The position numbers and the translations under genes are program-made. The notes beneath the pieces are model-generated. The model was not told the DNA's origin, made no database searches, and saw only the letters and a program-made list of their open reading frames with translations. From IMG/VR virus record IMGVR_UViG_3300037423_001642, positions 1 to 64,000 of that record: DNA of 64,000 nt; one strand, written 5' to 3'. This DNA is from an uncultured virus (IMG/VR IMGVR_UViG_3300037423_001642). Its lineage: Duplodnaviria > Heunggongvirae > Uroviricota > Caudoviricetes. How positions within the stretch are numbered: the stretch's first letter is position 1; each line of letters begins with the position of its first letter. Shown here one piece after another: positions 39,333-50,132 of this stretch.

Positions 39333-39898
39333 TACTTAAATATATTCTTCAATTCTTCTTCGATTTGTGGAATGTAGGATGGTTTAATGAGAGAAATTTC
39401 ACGCTTACTTTCGTTAAGATCATGTTCATAGTCATAAGCGTAAACTAATTTGCGTTCATCATCCACCAAACCAAGATATGTTGATTGATCTACTCTAAGG
39501 GAACGCTCTTCAACAATTGTTCCATCATAGTATTGAGTGCGAGGCTGGATAATTTGATAATAAGCATAGATAGTTTGTGTAGCGATTGGAACACTACCGT
39601 ATTTAGTTTCAATGTAATCATCGAATTCCGTTGAAGACAAAGGCCAATCGAAGTAAGGATCGATGATAGAATTCGTGATCAAAATCAATTCGGATAGTTC
39701 TGGACGACCATAATAGCGGTCTGCCACCACGAAAGGCTTTTCTCCATCACGCACAACGTAGTTGAAGAGAGATTCGGTATACTTCAATACAACATCCCGA
39801 ATTTTGTAACGAACCATAATGTTCGTTGACATAACAGGAACACCACTCTTGTTGATATCATATTGTATCTGTGGAAATACGTCAAAAAAAGCCGACAT
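39332..39898 (-). CDS. 53: baseplate wedge gp53
   Basis: FFDVFPQIQY, YVVRDGEKP..VADRYYG, DWPLS, YDYEHDLNESKREI. Confidence 0.92.
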   Translation of the reverse strand: MSAFFDVFPQIQYDINKSGVPVMSTNIMVRYKIRDVVLKYTESLFNYVVRDGEKPFVVADRYYGRPELSELILITNSIIDPYFDWPLSSTEFDDYIETKYGSVPIATQTIYAYYQIIQPRTQYYDGTIVEERSLRVDQSTYLGLVDDERKLVYAYDYEHDLNESKREISLIKPSYIPQIEEELKNIFK

Positions 39899-40801
39899 TT
39901 AGTACCCCGCCTCAATGTCTTCTTTGGTAAGGATGGAAATTTCTTGGAAATTCAACGACATTGTAAGCGACATTGGGATAGATTCGTCGGCCCGGAAGTA
40001 TGACTTTGTTCCTTCTGCATGAAAATCGAAATTTGCTCCTACAAGGGCACACGTCACAAATTTGAATAGATATTCATTCGATGGAATTTCGATTCTCCAT
40101 ACGTCCGGATATTTGAAAATATTGTCTGAATACCCTTGTGCAAAAGACGGATGCATACCGAGCTTGAATTCTTTTGAAATATCTCGCAAAATATTTGCTT
40201 CCTGCAAATTCGAAGGAATAAGTTTATAAGAAAAATCAAAAGTTCTTAAATTTGGCGATGAATACAGAACAGCTTTATATGGATTTACTGCTAATCCAGC
40301 CCCACGGGCGATTGCTTGTCCATATTTGGTATCTCCCGCAAAGTCTAGTGCAAAGGCTTGTGCGAAAGCAGAGGCTTTATCACCAAGATTTGTAGCGGAA
40401 TATTTTTGTAATCCTTCTGCCAAGCTCGATATCAGACTACCTTTTTTTGAGGCTCTCATGGTTGCAGAAATTTCACCGCTGGCAGTGATAAGTTGATTAC
40501 CTACCAACCCTAGATCGACATTCTGCCAATCCGCCGAATAATTAGCTTGCAAACCAACCGGAACAGGAAGTGTAATCAAACTTCCTACACGACCTTCCTT
40601 TGGGTCGGATTTGGCATCTGCACGGGAATATTCATAGCGCTGAAAATGAATAATATGCTTCCATTCGGACATCAACGTCTTTGGGAACGTCAATGGAGCC
40701 GTCGTAGCCGATGTTGAAGCGGCATTCATCTTGTCTTCTGCCGCTTGCGAGGCAGACTTTTTGGTAATTGTAACAGATGTTTGTGGAGTCTTGGTTGCCA
40801 T
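39899..40801 (-). CDS. 48: baseplate tail tube cap gp48-like
   Basis: ITLPVP, AVNPY..LY..PNLRTFDFSY, LSLNFQEISILT; ATG at 40801 is downstream of a late promoter. Confidence 0.8.
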   Translation of the reverse strand: MATKTPQTSVTITKKSASQAAEDKMNAASTSATTAPLTFPKTLMSEWKHIIHFQRYEYSRADAKSDPKEGRVGSLITLPVPVGLQANYSADWQNVDLGLVGNQLITASGEISATMRASKKGSLISSLAEGLQKYSATNLGDKASAFAQAFALDFAGDTKYGQAIARGAGLAVNPYKAVLYSSPNLRTFDFSYKLIPSNLQEANILRDISKEFKLGMHPSFAQGYSDNIFKYPDVWRIEIPSNEYLFKFVTCALVGANFDFHAEGTKSYFRADESIPMSLTMSLNFQEISILTKEDIEAGY

Positions 40802-40811
40802 CAAATGTCCC

Positions 40812-40845
40812 GTAAATAGTATGAAACTATTTATACCTAAATACG
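40812..40845. promoter_or_regulatory. overlapping divergent late promoters
   Basis: TATAAATA on - at 40828-40835; TAAATA variants on + (40813, 40838); inverted repeat TAAATAGT/ACTATTTA. Confidence 0.6.
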
Positions 40846-40848
40846 GGC

Positions 40849-41346
40849 ATGACGAAGTTTCTATTACCAGAAGAGAACGTACAGAAACGCCGAAAGGCAA
40901 AGAAGAAGTCTAAACTTCCACAACCAAAGTACTTTGTGGCTGAAAATCCTCACAAGTACGTTGGTGATCCAAACTGTATTATCGCAAGATCGAATCTGGA
41001 AAGAAAATTTTACAAAATATTTGACACCAACCCGGCAGTACTGAAATGGGGTTGTGAAGAGATGTACATCAGGTACAAGTCATCTATTGACGGTACGGTA
41101 CATCGTTATTTTCCGGATGCTGTTATAGAAATTAAGTCTCGATCAGGCAAAAAAATGCTCTATATGATCGAAATTAAGCCAAAAAAACAGTGTTTTCCCC
41201 CAAAAAATAGCAAATCCAAGCGGTTTTTGACGGAACAAGTCACTTATCAGACGAATCAAGACAAATGGAAAGCAGCCACGGAATTCTGTAAATCCCATGG
41301 CATGATCTTTCACGTGCTAACAGAAGAGCATGTAGGCGGCTTCTAA
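40849..41346 (+). CDS. 4: head completion nuclease gp4 (TnsA-like)
   Basis: NPHKYVGD, RSNLERKF, HRYFPD, IEIKPKKQ, NQDKWKAA. Confidence 0.92.
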   Translation: MTKFLLPEENVQKRRKAKKKSKLPQPKYFVAENPHKYVGDPNCIIARSNLERKFYKIFDTNPAVLKWGCEEMYIRYKSSIDGTVHRYFPDAVIEIKSRSGKKMLYMIEIKPKKQCFPPKNSKSKRFLTEQVTYQTNQDKWKAATEFCKSHGMIFHVLTEEHVGGF

Positions 41347-41829
41347 GCGTAATATCCGAGATACACTACCGGGATGAACCTCACTTCGAAGTCATCGCTT
41401 CCGTACAGTTTCTCCAAAATATTCTTCGCCATATCTTCGTTGTGATGACATACCGGCAGACAGCTTGAAAACCTTGGGGGAATTTTGCCCCACTCTTCCC
41501 GGCGCTTCTGAAAGCAAACTCCCCGTTCCTTATGGACAACCCAATAGGAGTTGACGATGCATTCTCCGTTTTTGGGATTCTCCAATTTTTCCAACGGCAT
41601 GAAGAAGAGACGTTCAATGTCCATTGAGAAACACCTTCTTTTTGATGAATTCTTCCATGTCGCCCTGAAATTTCAGGTACACGGAAATTGGGTATAGGTT
41701 TTCGAACCCATGAGCCCGCAGTCGAATGGTTTCTTTGTCATAGTCGATGATCGCCTTGACCTTGTGTCCATCGATTTTGTAGAGTCGTTCGACATTATTT
41801 TTCTCTTCCGAGATAACAACGAACGACAT
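41343..41829 (-). other. two small hypothetical CDS (41343-41624, 41614-41829)
   Basis: Contiguous overlapping ORFs. Confidence 0.6.
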
Positions 41830-42299
41830 CAGATTCGAGTTCCATCCGGTCGGACCTTCACTCCATCCTTGTCTGTCGGATCACACGGGTGATGGCCCCA
41901 GACCGCAAAATATTTGTCTCGCATCAGCTTCTTTCCATTAATCCAAAAAGCCCAACGTCGGGAAGGCTTTCCAGTTATAAGAAATGTCCAAGTTCCCGGC
42001 AAGACATTTTGCACGGAATGACGAAATTCGGCGGGCCGATACCTGAACATGCCTGCCCGTAGCGTTTCTTTGAAGGAAAATCCCTCTTTTGGCGTGATCG
42101 ACACGTCATCATAGCCACCTTTCAGAATAAAGGTGAGAAACCAGTACGGATGATCATGATAGGCCCGATGATCGTCATCACCAAGCCAATGATGGAGCCG
42201 AAGGGAAATGAAGCCGAAATCGAGAACATACCGATAAAAGTACGGACATTCTTTCAGACCGCCCGGCTGTTTCCATGTGAGTTTGGGAAGAAATCTCAT
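41829..42299 (-). CDS. cupin-fold protein
   Basis: LRLHHWLGDDDHRAYHDHPYWF.TFILKGGY...RPAEFRHSV. Confidence 0.7.
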   Translation of the reverse strand: MRFLPKLTWKQPGGLKECPYFYRYVLDFGFISLRLHHWLGDDDHRAYHDHPYWFLTFILKGGYDDVSITPKEGFSFKETLRAGMFRYRPAEFRHSVQNVLPGTWTFLITGKPSRRWAFWINGKKLMRDKYFAVWGHHPCDPTDKDGVKVRPDGTRI

Positions 42300-42586
42300 T
42301 GATCGCTCTTCGCAAATTCCTTGGCGGCATTGACCCAATAATGACCGGCCATGCCAAGAGTACAAGCGAGAATATTGGCGAGAGCGTCAAGCTTGCCTTC
42401 AATGACAGCCAACTCACGTTTTGTCACTTTGTGCGTGGCAGCGAGTTTGTCCGATGAACGGCACAGATTGACCATTCGAACCCAGATAAGAGCCTGTGTC
42501 TTATCAAACTTCCAACCCGCTGGCGCTGACCACTGTTGCGGTCCACTAAGTGAGTCGATTGTTACTTTCTGGATTTTCATAAACAA
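42296..42586 (-). CDS. hypothetical protein
   Basis: Overlaps both neighbours. Confidence 0.55.
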   Translation of the reverse strand: MFMKIQKVTIDSLSGPQQWSAPAGWKFDKTQALIWVRMVNLCRSSDKLAATHKVTKRELAVIEGKLDALANILACTLGMAGHYWVNAAKEFAKSDQ

Positions 42587-43016
42587 TTAGCCCCGATTCC
42601 ACATTCTTTCCGTCTATCTGGAACATATCATAAGGAAGCGGATGGTAATTGTCAATATATTTCTCAATATTTTGAGAATCTTTACGGACCAGTGCGACAA
42701 GTTTGCCGCCCGGTCGTAAAAAGGTAATAGCGTGATCGACGTGGGGGATTGAATTTTTTGGCGGGCACATAAGCACCGCATCGAATCGGCCAAGGAAATC
42801 CAGTGAACTATATGACATGGAAAGAAAGTCACGGTTGAACACAATGAAGCTATTCCGAAGCTTCATTGCCAGTTCCTTGTTCAGTTCAACACATGTGACT
42901 CGGGCACCAACGGCAACAGCGGCCATCGCAAGATTGCCGCCGCCAGCCGAGGGTTCCAACACTCTGTCATATTTCTGGATACCGGCAATCTTGACCATTT
43001 CATGGGCCAAGAACAT
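42546..43016 (-). CDS. amino-methyltransferase-like SAM-dependent MTase (start uncertain)
   Basis: VLEPSAGGGNLA, VELN, RDFL, FDAVLMCPP (NPP-like motif IV), LRPGGKLVAL; frame stays open upstream to 43136. Confidence 0.75.
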   Translation of the reverse strand: MFLAHEMVKIAGIQKYDRVLEPSAGGGNLAMAAVAVGARVTCVELNKELAMKLRNSFIVFNRDFLSMSYSSLDFLGRFDAVLMCPPKNSIPHVDHAITFLRPGGKLVALVRKDSQNIEKYIDNYHPLPYDMFQIDGKNVESGLIVYENPESNNRLT

Positions 43017-43039
43017 CGGTGTTTCCGTTGCGGGAAGAT

Positions 43040-43287
43040 TGGTCCGGTGGGAAGGGTTCGAACCCCCGACACCAAGGCTTTCATCCGTGTATTCTGCATC
43101 ATTAAACATTGGAGCTACCATTGTCCTTTGATGCATACATTAAGGAATTACGGACGTTACTAAGTATCATATCGTCATGCAAAGTGTTGCAACACCTTAC
43201 ATTATTGTTTGACACCGTTGGCATCTTTAGGTTTCCCTTCGGTTCCTTCTTACGGTCCTTGTGCTCTACCAACTGAGCTACCACCGG
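43040..43287 (-). tRNA. tRNA(Phe, GAA)-like gene interrupted by a 172-nt insertion in the anticodon loop
   Basis: CCGGTGG-TA-GCTC-AGTTGGTA-GAGC-A-CAAGG-A[172 nt]TGAAAG-CCTTG-GTGTC-GGGGG-TTCGAAC-CCTTC-CCACCGG-A-CCA; all four stems pair. Confidence 0.85.
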
Positions 43288-43296
43288 ATTACGCTT

Positions 43297-43324
43297 GATA
43301 TAAGCGAGGATTATTGAATGTCAA
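43297..43324 (-). promoter_or_regulatory. promoter of the interrupted tRNA
   Basis: TTGACA-N16-TATATC, 10 nt upstream of the tRNA 5' end. Confidence 0.7.
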
Positions 43325-43598
43325 CACCTATTTTGATCTTTTTTGCCGTGATGGTCCTTTCATATCTCTCCATGAGAAGTCTGAGGATATCGGCAATTTC
43401 GGAATCATTACAGGCGACCGTAAGGGTTTTGAGTCCACCCTTGTATGATGGAATATAAACTTCATATAGCATATGTGTCCCTTAACCGGTTATGCCCCCG
43501 GTTTCCCATAACGAAAGTTCTATACGGTTTCAGGACGTGGTACAACCCCAAAAAAGGTCAGACATTCCATCTTGACACCGTTTTTGATTGATTCGGCC

Positions 43599-43630
43599 TT
43601 GACGATTTCAATATTTTGATTATATTGAAA
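43599..43630 (+). promoter_or_regulatory. early promoter overlapped by an inverted repeat
   Basis: TTGACG-N16-TATATT; TTTCAATAT (43606-43614)/ATATTGAAA (43622-43630). Confidence 0.6.
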
Positions 43631-43647
43631 TAAAAAGAGGAATTGAC

Positions 43648-43869
43648 ATGGCACGATTTAAAGATAAGAAGCTCCAAAAGGTGTTCGACCTTTACAGCAA
43701 GATCCCGCCAACGAAGCGTGGTGATGCTCTCTTGGCCAAATACTATTTCAACGGATTGGAATATCCAAATAAAGAAAACTTAAAGCCAGAACGAGGCACG
43801 TTTGCCTATGCGGCTTGGGCAGCGGGCCACGCACTGGCCAAACAAAGAGAAAAGACACAGAATGAATGA
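43648..43869 (+). CDS. hypothetical protein
   Basis: GAGG SD; first gene after the promoter. Confidence 0.7.
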   Translation: MARFKDKKLQKVFDLYSKIPPTKRGDALLAKYYFNGLEYPNKENLKPERGTFAYAAWAAGHALAKQREKTQNE

Positions 43870-44686
43870 CTTTCCAGCGATCATTGATTTGAGCGGCTAT
43901 ACGGAGAAGATGCGGAAATCTTTTCTGGAAAAGACTTTCTTCCTCACTAAAATTCCAGCAACCGTCTACATGGATTTCGGATGTGCCGATGGCAGCATGA
44001 TCGAATTCATGTTCAAGATGTTTCCGGAATATCGATATTTCGGGTATGACAACGATCCGAAAATGATCGAAATGGCAAAGAAGCTGAACATTCCGAACGC
44101 CTTCTTTTCCACGGACTATGACGCAATTGTCAAGGCCATGAACGACTACGATTCACAAAGAAAGACCGAAGGGAAACCACCGGCCATTCGAGCGGTCATA
44201 TGTTCATCGCTCATTCATGAAATTTGTTCATATGCGCAACCGGGAAGCATGACGGTGACGCAATTTTGGAATCGAATTCGTTCGAATTACCATTACGTCT
44301 GCATCCGTGACATGGCGATGACGGAGGAAGCCGAAAAATATGATGTCAGCACTCACGACGTTTGGCAGATTGCCAAATTCTTCCTGAAAAATGAGGATGA
44401 TGTCTATATCCTTGGAGATTTTCAGAAGAAATATGGGGAAATCACCAAACTAAAGCAGATGGTTCACTTTCTTCTGAAATATCGGTATAAGAACAATTGG
44501 GAGCGGGAGCTAAACGAGAACTACTTGCCGCTCACGGTCGAAAAAATTCTAGAAGAATTTAGTCACAAGGAAATTGTTTATCAGAACCATTACCTTCTAC
44601 CATTTTTGAAAGATCGTGTAAAAACCGATTTCAACATCGATCTTAAAGAAGCGACTCACTTGCAATTGATCGTGAAGTTGCGCTAA
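43862..44686 (+). CDS. class I SAM-dependent methyltransferase
   Basis: MDFGCADG, FGYDND..MIEMA, SSLIHEI, IRDM. Confidence 0.8.
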   Translation: MNDFPAIIDLSGYTEKMRKSFLEKTFFLTKIPATVYMDFGCADGSMIEFMFKMFPEYRYFGYDNDPKMIEMAKKLNIPNAFFSTDYDAIVKAMNDYDSQRKTEGKPPAIRAVICSSLIHEICSYAQPGSMTVTQFWNRIRSNYHYVCIRDMAMTEEAEKYDVSTHDVWQIAKFFLKNEDDVYILGDFQKKYGEITKLKQMVHFLLKYRYKNNWERELNENYLPLTVEKILEEFSHKEIVYQNHYLLPFLKDRVKTDFNIDLKEATHLQLIVKLR

Positions 44687-45384
44687 TCTCAATCGTGGTT
44701 GTTCTAGTGAGAAGCTGAACATCACCGACGATATGATATTTGGTTTGGCCATGCTTGATTTGAGCAATGGCCTTATCCACAGCCTTTGCATCATCGAACC
44801 ATAGCTGGTCGATTGGGTCTTCAACCCATCGAACTTCATTAGCCCATGGGCCGTATTCAACAACGCCAAGCGGCAAATAGATATTGCCGTCATTGTCTCG
44901 GGCTAACACCCGAGCCGAATGTTGCGTTTTGATCGTTCGGGAAACTAGCATCTGGCGAGGAAATCTCCCGGCTTTTGCACAGCTTTGTGAATTTCATTCA
45001 GCTTCGATTGCTGGCCTTCCGGATAAGTTTTGTCGATATCGTGAACAAACACCATGTCCAGATGCGCCTTGATACACGCCGTCTGTTCAGCATTCAAATC
45101 ATTAGGTTTGCTCAATTCGAACATCCCCTGCAACCAATAACAAAATTCTACTGCTTTCATTGTACCTTTTCCAACTTTGAGAAATAAGATCGTTTGGCCA
45201 AAATGTCGGTCGAATCTCGATTGATACGTAATACCAATCGAGTGCCAATAGCAGGCAGCGAACGATCAAGTTTACTTAGAAGAACATGATCATAGAGAAG
45301 ATCAATCTTTTCATCCACTGTAAGATCATCTAATTTGAAAATAAATTGATCTAACTTAGGTTTATTTTTTGTAAAAGGCCACAC
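44643..45384 (-). other. three small hypothetical CDS (44643-44951, 44945-45160, 45157-45384)
   Basis: Contiguous overlapping ORFs. Confidence 0.6.
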
Positions 45385-45929
45385 TATTCATATCTCCAAA
45401 AGTATTCTTCAATCATTGCTTTATGCGTTGGGAAAGCGATTTCCGACTCCCAAGGTGTATCTTTGACCACTACCAGTTCGGTTACTTCTGTGTCGTGCGG
45501 TAGATTTAGATCAATTTCTATGGGCTGAACCTTGCAAAAAATCAAGTTCACGCCATCGACGGTCACGATGTCCATCAATTCAGGTCGTGAGACATCGTGA
45601 CCAGTCTCTTCCCTAACTTCACGAATAATCGCTTCCTGCCACGTCTCGCCAAGGTTCTGAAAGCCGCCCGGTAGAGCGAGCAAACCCGAATCAGCCCGAC
45701 GAACCATCAGCAAGCCCCCGCTTTCATTGGGCACCAAAGCGACAACCACGGGCGCTGGATTGCGGAATTTCGGGAAGCGCTCTTCAAGTTCATTGACTGC
45801 TTCCATCAGCCAATTTTGGAAGGCAAATACCTTGCGAATGTCTTGGAAAATATGGGTTGTGGAACAAAGTTTCAGTTCCTTTCTATACCCTTCGTTGATT
45901 TCTTCCATGGCTTTTTCATAATTTTTCAT
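45384..45929 (-). CDS. Nudix hydrolase
   Basis: ALPGGFQNLGETWQEAIIREVREETG Nudix box. Confidence 0.9.
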   Translation of the reverse strand: MKNYEKAMEEINEGYRKELKLCSTTHIFQDIRKVFAFQNWLMEAVNELEERFPKFRNPAPVVVALVPNESGGLLMVRRADSGLLALPGGFQNLGETWQEAIIREVREETGHDVSRPELMDIVTVDGVNLIFCKVQPIEIDLNLPHDTEVTELVVVKDTPWESEIAFPTHKAMIEEYFWRYE

Positions 45930-46192
45930 TGCAATTCTCTACAATTTTATTATATTGATTCGTGAAAGGAATTTTGGATGTTTCTTCCCAAAGGAATAGT
46001 TCTGGACAGGCGAGGCGGTATCGTCATCTCCCGGCACATGAAGTGTCTGTATGTGCAAGGGTATTATCGGAACCACTTCATTAGCAGAATGTTTACCAAT
46101 AAGAAGCAGGCATTCAAGTTCTTCAATCAGTACCCGAAATAATTCGTGTACCAATTTGACACAGGTCAAATCACGTCTTATATCAGTCTGTA

Positions 46193-49100
46193 ATGCGAGG
46201 ACTCATGGTAATGCATAAATCTAAGCCGTCATTGAAAAAGGACTTCGGAACCAAGCCAGCGGCGGCGAAAGCCATTGCGAAGGCTGGACTTCAACAATTG
46301 CCACATACAATCCAGATGAACAGAACCGGTTCTGTCTATCGATTCGAGCCAGTATTCTTGATCGATGACAAGCACATTTGTTACGGAAAAGTTAAGTCTT
46401 ACGGGTTTACCGTTCGGCCTAAACTGTAATCGATTCGTGGGCCACCATCGGGGAACCGCTCCATTTTTTTATCTGTGTTCCCCGTCCTTTCCATCCAAGC
46501 TTCGCACTCCCATTTGACGGTAAAACATGCTAGGATGGTCGTGCCGTCGAGAACGACATAAATGTATGTGCTTCTAGCCACGTCGATTCAACAACTTCCA
46601 TAAACCGTAGGCGACCGCCGCCACGGCAATCCAAAACCAAAACATCTAAGACTCCTTGATTTTGGCGAATATGCCACAAATAAAGTTTAAAGTCAATTGA
46701 AAATGTCATTGACTTCTTATACAGAACGATTATATTAAAAAAGGAAACAGGAGTTCAACATGCGTTCCTTGAAAGAAATTTTGACCGACAAAGGTAATTG
46801 GGCGATGTGATTGCCGGTGCGCTGGTCGGTCTGTTTCTCAAATGGTATTTTGGGATTTGATCGATGGAATGGTCCGAAAAACAGATTATGGCCGCAAGAG
46901 CCATTACGTTGATTCGCCGGAAGCTAGAGCCCAAATGTGAGGGTTGTGGTGTTGGTGCAGATCGTCCGAATTGTGCCAACGATCTTGGCGGCTACTGTCA
47001 GCGCCACGACCAAGCGAATGTGATCGCCTACCGTGAAGTGATCGAGTCCATTTCGCAGGCGGCGGAATTCCCGTTGGAATTCAATCGGCGTTGGGATTTG
47101 TACATGCCGTTATATCTCTATAACGATTTTTCGGAAACGGAAATTGCGTTGTTGCGAGATTTAGCGGACACTCCCGACCAGAAACTTTCGTCTCGCAAGA
47201 TCGATGAACGCTTTGCCTCATTGCGGGAAAAGCAGGCCGCTTCGTTGTCCTATCAGTATGATATGTGGACAACGAAACTGGACAGGCGTGGCCGGGAAGT
47301 TCTGGCATGGGCAGACGAGCAAGAGGAAAAAGCTTTGGCGGAAATGTCCGACGAAGCGAAGAAATTAAATTTAGAATGATATTGAAATCATGTGGAGGCC
47401 ATGCCACATGATCGGAAGCGAGAGGGAACAGTGAATGATTCCCCTCAAATCAGGCCACACCATCAGTTCAGTCGAATGGCCGATGGATTTCCTCTCGCTT
47501 CCCTTCTATTCGTCGCCGTAGTCGTCGCCGTCGAATATCAATTCATATGGTTCGCTAGTTGTATATGGGTCTTCTATTTCAACCATTCCGTCGAAATAGA
47601 CTACCTTGTCAACTTTGCCATTCCAGACGTATTTTGTGCCGTCCGATTCCGTGGCTATTCCACGTCGGATGAAAGGGATGAAGATCGTTGTTCCTCCAAA
47701 AGGATAGGCTCTTCGTCAGCCACCTTTTCTGGTATGCTACGTTTCATAAGAACGACTGTGTGTGGCTTGGAAGCCTTTTCACCATATTCCATGGTGATGA
47801 CTTCCCAACCTTCCGAACCAAATTTGTTCAGTGCGTTCTCGAAAGCTGATGGATTGGTTGTAATAGTTTTGTCGATTGTCTCGACACGAAATTCCCACTT
47901 CAAAAAAATTTTTCCTTCTGTTACGTGACTCTATGTAGTCATTCCGTAACCGATGGCATAGGAAATCACGATACCCACAATGGCGAGTATGCCTAGACCA
48001 ATCATAGGAAACAGGGAAATCATATCCGGCACACTGGCGAAAATGATCAGGATGGCGAAGGTGATAAACATCATCCCGCCACCAATGAGAATACGTTTCA
48101 AATGAACCATGAAAAAACCTTAACGAATGGGGTAGGGAATGCCAGCATGAATATGGTGATCGCAAAAAGGCCGGTAGGGATGGCTAATTCGTACCATCCT
48201 CGTTTAAAAGCAAACCATGTTCGTTCACACCAATATAGGCAGAACAAAACGATACAAACTGTCTGAAACCACATCATATTTTCGATGTATCACATGTTTC
48301 TTTGATTGTCAAGATTGACATTTTCGAATCGTGGTTTATGTTTAGGCCATAACGGAGAGAGAAATGAAACCTGAATATGAAATAGAAGATTGGTGCATCG
48401 TCAATCGATCCTATCGCTATGTCGATTTTGTGAGCCCTGCAAACGCCTATCTCATGGGGCATATAAAGGATCACCCAAACTGCACACCCGGCAAGCTGCA
48501 CATCACATCACGCATCGTGACGGTGCATTCGGATGACGTGATCGAAACCCGCAATTCGATCTACCGGCTTGGAAAAATTCGGGAGCATTACAAAAAATTT
48601 CGAGGGACGTTGAATGGCTGAAAAGATCACCACCAAGGCGGCATTGCTCCGTCTGCGCATGGCTGGCTATCTGGTGGAGGATATGCGTCCAACGCCAAAG
48701 AAAGCGCCTGTAATTCGGTTCTATGACGATCTAAGCAGGCCGGACATTCTCATTGTCAACGGCGAAGTCGATTCGGCCATGATCGACAATCTTTGCAAAA
48801 AAAGCTGGCTGAACACCATGCTTTCATCCATGGGTATGGAATAGAAAAAGGAGTCAGCAGGGGGGATTCGCTGACTCCTTTCATTCTCAGAAGACGCTTG
48901 TTAACGTGGCCCGCAAACAAGCGAACCCTATGTAACAAGCCTTGGCGCTTTCGTCAACAGCGTTTCATACGACTGGCGTAGCGTATCCAGTTCCGTGGCC
49001 TTCTTGACAATCTGTTGCAGAATTTTATTTTTCTGTGATTCGAACACGGCAAGGGAAATGAAATTCAAAGCGGGCGTCGGCACGAAATCATCCATGTTGC

Positions 49101-50132
49101 TGACAAAGAGGCTTCCCTGTCCATAACTTTCGACGTTCCCTCTCTTGCCATAGCCATTTGCCTTACAATCAAAGTGTTCGCCGTTGTATTCGACATCAAA
49201 TTGAAGGTCTTTGTCCTGTTTCCGGTAAGGCCAGATGATCACAGAAAAATCCATCCAAACCCGAGCGCCCGGCTTAATCTTGGCTGAAAACTTAATGTTA
49301 GGCTCTGCCTTCATTCCTTTGACCCATTCTTTTTAATCGGTGGATTTTCATAACGAACATCCAATTTAGAGTGACCACCGATATGACGTTCCGGCTTAGC
49401 GAGAATGTCATAGAAGAGTTGCATGGTCGATTCATAGACCTGTGGACGGAAAGCGCTTATCGAGAATGAAGGCTCAATCATAGCCCGGCTTCCATCTAGA
49501 AAATTACACCAGCGCTGATGATTTACGATTTCTACCAAAAGAATACCCAAGCCACTGCCATCAGAAAATTTGCTCGTTTCGATGACATCTCTTACGGTGT
49601 AAGTTTGTCTGTATTCTGGAATAACCAAACTAAATGTCTTGGGATCGAAATAGTTTCTGAAATTTTGAATGCAGACGACCTTATCGCCTGCTTTAAACTC
49701 ATGCATCGTAGTGTTTTTCCCATTGCCTTCTATTAAAGGATTGTGCCCGACGATAGAGAGACATAGCTTCGTCCAAACTCTTCGAAAGATCGGCATTTGA
49801 CAGCTTCTCCAAATTTGCCCGTGCCCGGTCCCTCAAATTGTGTGGAATGCATAGGGACAATATAATCTCTCGAATGGCGCTTTGTCTATCGATCATTGGG
49901 CTTTTCTGTGTGCGTCCAGCCATTCCAGCAAGGGAATGCGGGGTGCCCAATAGGCTTGTGTGGCTGGATTGCGAGTGCCGGGAACCGTGAAATATTCCCG
50001 GCTCTGCCGATTGTAATCTTCTTGCACGTATTTGTCATAGGCAAGGCGCTCACCCGGCGTCATGGAGCGGTAAATGGCTTGCTGGCCATCCCGGTTGATG
50101 TGGACCCAAATCTGTGAATCGGGAATGTTCAT
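46193..50132. other. small hypothetical CDS in divergent early units (+ 46193-46429, 46864-47379, 48364-48621, 48614-48844; - 46399-46581, 47655-47903 DUF4177-like, 48928-49314, 49311-49706, 49893-50132)
   Basis: Back-to-back TTGAC promoters near 46690-46715 and 48305-48320; WEFRV...LNKFGSEGWEVI in 47655-47903. Confidence 0.55.
48847..48881. terminator. terminator between convergent genes
   Basis: AAAGGAGTCAGC/GCTGACTCCTTT 12-bp inverted repeat. Confidence 0.7.

Noticed and set aside
39899..40900. 333-aa version of gp48 and 151-aa version of gp25 (33001-33456) from the ORF track
   Set aside because: The extensions overlap neighbouring genes or promoters; ATGs at 40801 and 33402 fit better.
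43085..43256. Group I, group II or BHB-type intron assignment for the tRNA insert
   Set aside because: No U before any possible 5' splice position and no recognisable P7 core; no GUGYG start or domain V; no clear bulge-helix-bulge. Rejected by eye only, so a covariance search is still needed.
47392..47928. 178-aa plus-strand ORF
   Set aside because: Overlaps a better minus-strand ORF (DUF4177-like) and has no recognisable features.
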